A stretch of DNA of 37,844 nt from Octopus bimaculoides (lineage: Eukaryota): contig NC_068981.1 of assembly GCF_001194135.2 (NCBI RefSeq), positions 3,710,961-3,748,804 on the forward strand, in the 5' to 3' direction. This document shows, one piece after another, positions 31,873 to 37,844 of this stretch (position 1 is its first letter; each line of letters begins with the position of its first letter). The notes under the pieces are model-generated. The model saw only the letters and a list, made by a program, of their open reading frames with translations. It searched no databases and was not told the DNA's origin. The translations under genes were made by a program, and so were the position numbers.

Positions 31873-32902
31873 TCATCATAATTACACACAGTATTTCTAT
31901 GAAATGGAAGTCTTGAAATATTTCTGTTATTGCCATAGAAATCTGAAGCTGGTGGAAATGAGAGGGTGTCAGATTGTAGATTGGTAAGTTAGTAGTTCAT
32001 GTCACACCACCAACAGCTAACCCTGTATCAATGCACAGCTAAATCAGTTGTTCTTTTCCTACCAACTAAAAATGTTGGCCTATAGCCTAAAACAGTTTTA
32101 TGACACAAGACATCGAATAGACGTTTTATTAACAACATATTTTTACAGGAAGAAAAGAAAGAAAATAACATTAAAAGTATAAAAAATCAAATTATCAAGA
32201 AAACAAACCCAGGTCTACCTCACCAAGGAAACAAAGAAAAAAAGAAAAGGGGTGGGGAGTTAATCAGCAGAAGATGTAGGAGAGGGACTATTTGGGTTGT
32301 AGACCTCATAACAAAGGGTGTGTTTAGCTATGCCTTGTGGACATGATTTGAAAAGCATAGCTGTGGAGAATGGCCAGCAGCACTCACCCCAGCAGCCATC
32401 CCAGCTCAACTTGATACAAACAGATGCTGCAGGAGTTGAAGGATTAACAAAGAAAACAGTGGACAGTGGCCTAGCATGGATTCATTGGTGTAGGCATGGC
32501 TGTGTGCATTAGAGCTTTGTTTTACAAAATCCTGAGACCCCCTTCGGCCATGACTGACTATGGGATTGCACCTAGAAAGTTACCCTCCCAGGCATAAGTC
32601 TGGGCAAGGTTGTTTATGGAAGACCAGCTCTAACCACTGAGCCATGTGCCTTCACTTTTACAAAATACTAAGTTTGAAAATGAATATCTCTCATTATCGC
32701 TCTCTTTACTTCTTTTTGTTTTTTTCTAATTGGGGTAGCCATGTATCAACCCTACAACAAGACACCTATATCCATCCCCTCTATACCTTTAATCACTCAA
32801 CTGGCACAAATCCATACACCCTTCAATACTCTCCTCTTCCAGTTGACCAGTTGAGGGTTTTTTGCCTTGACCCTGTCAGTGCTGGTGACACATAAAAAGC
32901 AC

Positions 32903-33175
32903 TGGTGATACAGTTCTATATTTAAGAGATGAGGAATTATATACATTATTTACATTATTTACATTTGATGGATATTTGTCCTCATCTTGTTTGTTGTTAA
33001 CACAACGTTTCGGCTGATATACCCTCCAGCCTTCATCAGATGTCTTGGGCAAATTTTTGACCTGGGTTCTCATTCCTAAGGTATTTTTCAATATTATTAT
33101 TATTATTCAGGTCACTGTCTGGAATCAAACTCGGAACCTTGGGTTAGTAGCCCGTGCTCTTAACCACTACTCCAT
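32903..33175 (-). mobile_element. Second tRNA-headed hammerhead SINE-like element, with an imperfect 11-bp TSD
   Basis: Flanks ataaaaagcac (32892-32902) and ataaaaatcac (33176-33186). The minus strand reads atggagtagtggttaagagcacgggctactaacccaaggttccgagtttgattcc...(AAT)n...hammerhead. Colinear with 11224-11500. Confidence 0.85.
32999..33044 (-). ncRNA. Type I hammerhead ribozyme motif
   Basis: GACAU CUGAUGA A GGCUG gaggguauau CAGCC GAAA CG UU GUGUU. Helix I is 5 bp with G-U pairs, there is an extra A after A9, helix II is 5 bp, helix III is the palindrome AACGUU, and the triplet is GUU. Confidence 0.75.
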
Positions 33176-33742
33176 ATAAAAATCACCCAACACACACAGT
33201 AAAGTGGTTGTCATTAGGAAGGGCAACCAGCTGTAAAAACCATGCCAAAACAGATAAATGGAGCTTGGTGTGGCACCTGGCCTTGCCAGTTATTGTCAAA
33301 CTGTCCAACTCATAACAGCATGGTAAACAGACATTAAATGATGACGATGATGATGATAAATATTAGTTTTATTATTATGTATAAGCACCAAAAAATTTAA
33401 CAAAAGTTAAATTGCATTTGGGGTGTTCGGGTAGAGAGAATACCTTGGTTTTGGGCAGCAACATACTTAGGGATGGATGGGTACACTGGTTCTCACCTGA
33501 CTCTCACTTGTGGCTCCAAGACCATTCTCAGCCATACCCTGGTAACTGCTTCCACTGGTAGGCTAAACTTAATAAGGAACTGAAGGCTTGGAGAGGAGAT
33601 GGGTTCTACCAAGCATTTCTAAGATCCACTGAAATGCCATAAGAGACACGGTCAAAACACAATATGCTGAACTGGTCAAGGCCCAGAAAACAAATGATTG
33701 TTCTGTTCACAGCTATTTTACTGGGAAGAGGAGATCAATGTA

Positions 33743-33780
33743 CAGTAATCCCTTGTCATATCACGGGTCACCTATCGCGG
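33743..33780 (+). mobile_element. Isolated Tigger-like TIR
   Basis: TA|cagtaatcccttgtcatatcacggg, same family as 29142. Confidence 0.55.
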
Positions 33781-33844
33781 TTTATTATTTAAGCTTATGT
33801 CGATTCCTCTGTGGTGTTGTTTTGCATTTATAATAAAATGAATT

Positions 33845-34152
33845 CTTTTTATTTGTTTCAGTCATTTGACTGCGGCCATGCTGGAGCACCACCTTTAGTC
33901 GAGCAAACTGACCCCAAGACTTATTCTTTGTAAGCCTGGTACTTATTTTATTGGTCTCTATTGCCAAACTGCTAAGTTACGGGGACATAAGCACACCAGC
34001 ATCAGGTGTCAAGTGATGTTGGCGAGACAAACACAGACACACAAACATACACACACACACACACATATATACGATGGGCTTCTTTCAGTTTCCGTCTACC
34101 AAATCCACTCACAAGGCTTTGGTCGGCCCAAGGCTATAGCAGAAGACACCTG
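33845..34152 (-). mobile_element. Family B SINE (tRNA head missing)
   Basis: tttgtttcagtcatttgactgcggccatgctggagcacc...gctatagcagaagacacctgc. Confidence 0.85.
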
Positions 34153-34165
34153 CTCAAAGAAGCTC

Positions 34166-34420
34166 ATCGTGTGCGCGTGCGCGCGCGCGTGTATGTGTGT
34201 GTGTGTGTGTGTGTGTCTGTGTCTGTGTTTGTCCCCCCAACATCGCTTGACAACCGATGCTAGTGTATTTACGTCCCTGTAACTTAGCGGTTCAGCAAAA
34301 AAGACCGATAGAATAAGTACTAGGCTTACAAAGAATAAGTCATGGGGTTGATTTGCTTGACTAAGGGCGGTGCTCCAGCATGGCTGCAATCAAAGGACTG
34401 AAACAAATAAATAAAAAAAT
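34166..34420 (+). mobile_element. Family B SINE 3' half, inverted relative to 33845-34152
   Basis: (TG)n gtttgtccccccaacatcgcttgacaaccgatgc...gcggtgctccagcatggctgc..gactgaaacaaataaataaa. Confidence 0.85.
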
Positions 34421-34556
34421 TGTATGTATGCCATATTTTTTTATATCACCCATGACAGCAAAAGTATATTCCCAAAATTATCTGACGGGTAACACCTAGT
34501 TGTAATTAAAATGATAATTGTGCAAAAATTTAATTTTGTAAATTTTATTCCATTAG

Positions 34557-34696
34557 TTGTTGTGCTGTTGGTTATGCTGTAGAAAATCTTACAAACGTAG
34601 AGAAATTAATACAATTCAGAGACAAAGATGTAAACCATGATGGCAAAATCACTCACAAAGAATTTGAAAATTTCCACAAGGCAATTGATAAAAATA
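34557..34696 (+). CDS. Internal coding exon of an EF-hand Ca2+-binding protein, probably secreted
   Basis: Acceptor aattttattccattAG (34555-56) and donor GTAAGT (34697). The 140-nt frame is open: (x)CCAVGYAVENLTNVEKLIQFRDKDVNHDGKITHKEFENFHKAIDKN. It contains the canonical 12-residue loop DVNHDGKITHKE, and a second D-K-N loop begins at the exon end. Confidence 0.75.
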
Positions 34697-34768
34697 GTAA
34701 GTGCAAAATACCAATCTAATTAATAACTGCCATACTAACCCTCTATCTACCTGCTTACCCACTTACCT

Positions 34769-35185
34769 ATCTACCAAAAGTGGGCACTGTTAATTGAAAA
34801 GTTAACTTTGTTAACTGTTAATCCATTAACCAAAAAGTTAACTTTGATAATCGTTAATCAGTTAATTATTTTAGAATGTAACGGAAGATAACGATAAACC
34901 ATTAATGCTAATTTTTATTATAGAAAAAATACAAAATAATTAGTTTTTGCTCTAGAACCACCTAAAACACCTTTAAAAAGTGCCAAAACTATAAAATACT
35001 TTGACTTCAATTGAATTGAAGTTAACGGAAGTTAACTCAAGTTGACTTGAATTAATGGAAGCTAAATTTAACGGAAGTTAATTAGTCTGATAATGATTTC
35101 CAAAGTTAACTTAAAAGTTAAATCGTTAACGAAAAAGTTAACTTTGTTAATTAATGATTAATGGATTAACAGCTTGGTGCCTATG
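34769..35185 (+). mobile_element. AT-rich non-autonomous DNA transposon (GTTAAC-rich)
   Basis: Left end caaaagtgggcactgttaat; right end attaacagcttggtgcct. An inverted partial copy is at 5020-5310. Confidence 0.7.
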
Positions 35186-35494
35186 TTTACTATCTACCCA
35201 CTTACCTATCTACCTGCAGATATATATACTTACTTATACATGTGATGGCATTCACCTGGGGTGGGTTGAGCTAGTTCATGAGTTCATCATATTCCTCATA
35301 AATGATGACCACATCCAGTGGTCAGCCCAAACACTTAGTTGTCAGGGTGACAGTGATTTTGTGGGGGTTCCATGAGTAACCCTCAGAAACCTCCCTCTTT
35401 TGGGGAATCGTTCATTGTTAGAATTTATTGGTACTGTTTTTCTTTTTACAAACTTTTTCATGTAACCCTACATGGTACCATCTTTGATCTTTTA

Positions 35495-36767
35495 TTAGGT
35501 TGTCAAGAAAGTTCATGTGGAATTTTTAATTTTGGTTTTAAATGATGTATTTTCAAATTAATTTTCGTTAAATTACTTTGACTATATATATCATTTTAAA
35601 GCCCGTTTTTCACTCTATCTAATAGTGTTACGCTTTTTCTTTTTGAATAATTAAGCTATTTTTTCCAGAACATTGAATACAAAAGGGACAAAAATCAAAT
35701 TCGCACAATTTTCTTATTCCAGTTCAAGCTAGGCCGAAAAGCTACTGAAACAGCACATGATATCAACGATGCGTTTGGCCCAGGAACCACTAATGAACAT
35801 ACAGCACAATGATGGTTCAAGAAATTTCGTAGTCGTGATGAGATTCTTGAAGACGATAAGTGTAGTGGTCAGCCATCGGATGTTGACAATGATCAACTAA
35901 GAGCTTTAGTCAAAGCCAATCCACGTACAACTGTTCAAGAGCTTGCTTCTGTATTAGACGTAACTTATACGACAATTTCCAAGCACTTGAAAGAGATTGG
36001 AAAAACACAAACACTTGAGAAATGGGTGCCGCACGAATTAAATGACAACCAAAAAAAATGCTGTTTTGAAGTGTCATCTTCCCTTCTTTTATGTAACAAG
36101 AACAACCCGTTTCTCGACAGGATTGTGACTTGCAATGAAAAATGGATTCTTTACAACAAATCGGCGATGCTCAGCTCAGTGGTTGGACGCCGACGAAGCT
36201 CCACGGCACTTCCCAAAGCCAAAGTTGCATCAAAAGAAGGTCATGGTGACTGTTTGGTGGTCTGCAGCCGGTCTCATGCAACACAAATTTTTGGATCCAG
36301 ACGAAACCATTACGGCGGAGAAGTACTGTCAGCAAATGGATGAAATGCATAAGAAACTCCAACAACAACAGCCAATATTGGTCAATAGAAAAGGACCAAT
36401 TCTTCTCCATGACAACGCTTGACTGCACATCGCAGAAGTTGAACGAATTGGGCTACGAAACTCTGCTTCATTCGCCATACTCACCAGACCTCTCACCTAC
36501 CGACTACCACTTCTTCAAGCATCTCAACAACTTCCTACATGAGAAATGCTTGAAAAACCAAGACGATGCCAAACATGCCTTCAACAACTTCATCACCACC
36601 AGACTGCAGGAATTTTATTCTACTGGCATAAATAAACTTGTTTCACGTTGGCAAAAGTGTGTTGATTCTGATGGTGTTTATTTTGATTAATAAAGTTTAG
36701 CTTGAGCTGAGATATGTGCATCCGAATTTAAAGGTTAAAAACTGCAAGAACTTTCTTGACAACCTAA
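35495..36767 (+). mobile_element. Full-length mariner transposon (cecropia subfamily, Hsmar1-like), 1273 bp, TA TSD
   Basis: Perfect 20-bp TIRs ttaggttgtcaagaaagttc and gaactttcttgacaacctaa, with TA at 35493-94 and 36768-69. Confidence 0.95.
35672..36690 (+). pseudogene. Inactivated mariner transposase
   Basis: The start appears mutated (ATT at 35672). Motifs WVPHEL, TCNEKW (first catalytic D changed to N), HDNA and YSPDLSPTDY are present. There are in-frame TGAs, two frameshifts and a short deletion after HDNA. Confidence 0.9.
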
Positions 36768-37097
36768 TAGTAAACCCTTTGTGGTTAATAAAGAAATCAT
36801 CATCATCATCATCAACAACAACAACATTCACTTTCCCATGTTTGCATGGCCCAGACGAAATTTACTAATTTAGATATTTTTTATGGGTGAATACTCTTCC
36901 TGTCGCCAACCCTCACATGCTTCCAAGCAAGGTAATATTTTCCCCTGACCAGACATGTCTTTTTTCTTTTTTACAAAAGACTAGAAACAAACAACACTAC
37001 TTGATTGATGGTGATGTTCGTTTACAACCATTACAAGATGTCTAGACAATGGTACATACAAAACATACATTCATATATATGTGTATATATATGTTTA

Positions 37098-37255
37098 TTC
37101 TTTAACACAAATATTGTTGACAGTAACCTCGAAGTTTTAGCCAGTTAAGCCATTGATAGACTTTAGGTCATTGTTGGCCAGTTAAGCCATCATCAGACAA
37201 TAGCTTCATTGACTAAAACTTCAAAGTCACTGTCAACAATATTCTTGTTTAAGAA
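37098..37255. mobile_element. Small MITE with ~43-bp inverted arms
   Basis: ttctttaacacaaatattgttgacagtaacctcgaagttttag pairs with ctaaaacttcaaagtcactgtcaacaatattcttgtttaagaa. The internal direct repeat gccagttaagccat occurs twice. Confidence 0.8.
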
Positions 37256-37355
37256 CAAACTTTTACCCTACAAAACTATCAAGTAACTCATTAATGTTAA
37301 ATTATTTTTATTATAAATAATCATAAATAAAAACATATATATACATCTGTACATG

Positions 37356-37830
37356 CAGGTTTGGCCAAAAGTCACCTAACAGTAAATCAAAACCCATTTA
37401 AAACAAAAAATTATTTCATATGACACGTAAAAAACACCTTTTGAGCATGGTCGTTGCCAGAACCGCCTGACTGGCCCTCGTGCCAGTGGCACATAAAAGC
37501 ACCCACTACACTCTCGGAGTGGTTGGCGTTAGGAAGGGCATCCAGCTGTAGAAACTCTGCCAGATCAGATTGAGCCTGGTGCAGCCTCCTGGCTTGCCAG
37601 TCCTCAGTCAAACCGTCAAAACCCATACCAGCATGGAAAGTGGACGTTAAACGACGGTGAGGATGATAGCACTTTGCTAATAAATAGACAAATGTTGAAA
37701 AACAAAAACAGTGACTTTAACTCACAGCATTCAATTATTAAACATTCATAATTGGAATGAATAAATAAAATCGAATATTAAGTATTTATGGAATTTTGAT
37801 TTACTGTAGGGTGACTTTTGGCGAACTCTG
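37356..37830. mobile_element. Tc1-like MITE with a nested family A repeat
   Basis: TIRs caggtttggccaaaagtcacctaacagtaaatcaaaa and ttttgatttactgtagggtgacttttggcgaactctg|TA. Confidence 0.8.
37420..37668 (+). mobile_element. Family A repeat nested in the Tc1-like MITE
   Basis: gccagtggcacataaaagcacccactacactctcggagtggttggcgttaggaagggcatccagctgtag...ggacgttaaacgacggtgaggatgat. Confidence 0.85.
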
Positions 37831-37844
37831 TATATATATATATA

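Larger units (their letters stand above)
32870..33357 (+). mobile_element. Family A repeat interrupted by the tRNA-hammerhead element
   Basis: ccctgtcagtgctggtgacacataaaaagcac|insert|ccaacacacacagtaaagtggttgtcattaggaagggcaaccagctg...ttaaatgatgacgatg. Confidence 0.7.

Noticed and set aside
35154-35375. 73-aa ORF as the next exon of the EF-hand gene
   Set aside because: It begins inside a MITE end. The nearby acceptors (ctgcAG, gtcAG) give early stops in phase 1 and no DG-x-I continuation of the loop.
35655-35700. SETMAR-like fusion of the EF-hand exon to the mariner transposase via the acceptor-like ttttttccAG at 35667-68
   Set aside because: The EF-hand exon ends in phase 1 but this acceptor is in phase 0 with the transposase. 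Splicing gives K-H-stop, and the transposase has internal stops anyway.

Overview
This is AT-rich eukaryotic genomic DNA, not prokaryotic. The repeat families and microsatellite load suggest a coleoid cephalopod, probably Octopus (inference from recognised repeat sequences). The window has ten N-gaps and is almost entirely transposon debris: R4/Dong-type and RTE-type LINE fragments, a decayed Gypsy gag-pro, several Tc1/mariner elements and MITEs (one full-length Hsmar1-like mariner), tRNA-derived SINEs and microsatellites. Most long ORFs in the track are N-run or microsatellite artefacts. One convincing host coding exon is present (34557-34696, +), encoding the end of a probable signal peptide, an EF-hand loop and the start of a second, closely spaced loop. 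The most striking signal is a set of short mobile elements with minimal type I hammerhead ribozymes in three distinct sequence families: (1) a 184-bp element with a 17-bp target-site duplication; (2) a tRNA-headed, SINE-like element in two copies with TSDs; (3) a family whose hammerhead is followed by a multi-hairpin module that covaries across three diverged loci. All structure calls were made by eye and need computational and experimental confirmation.
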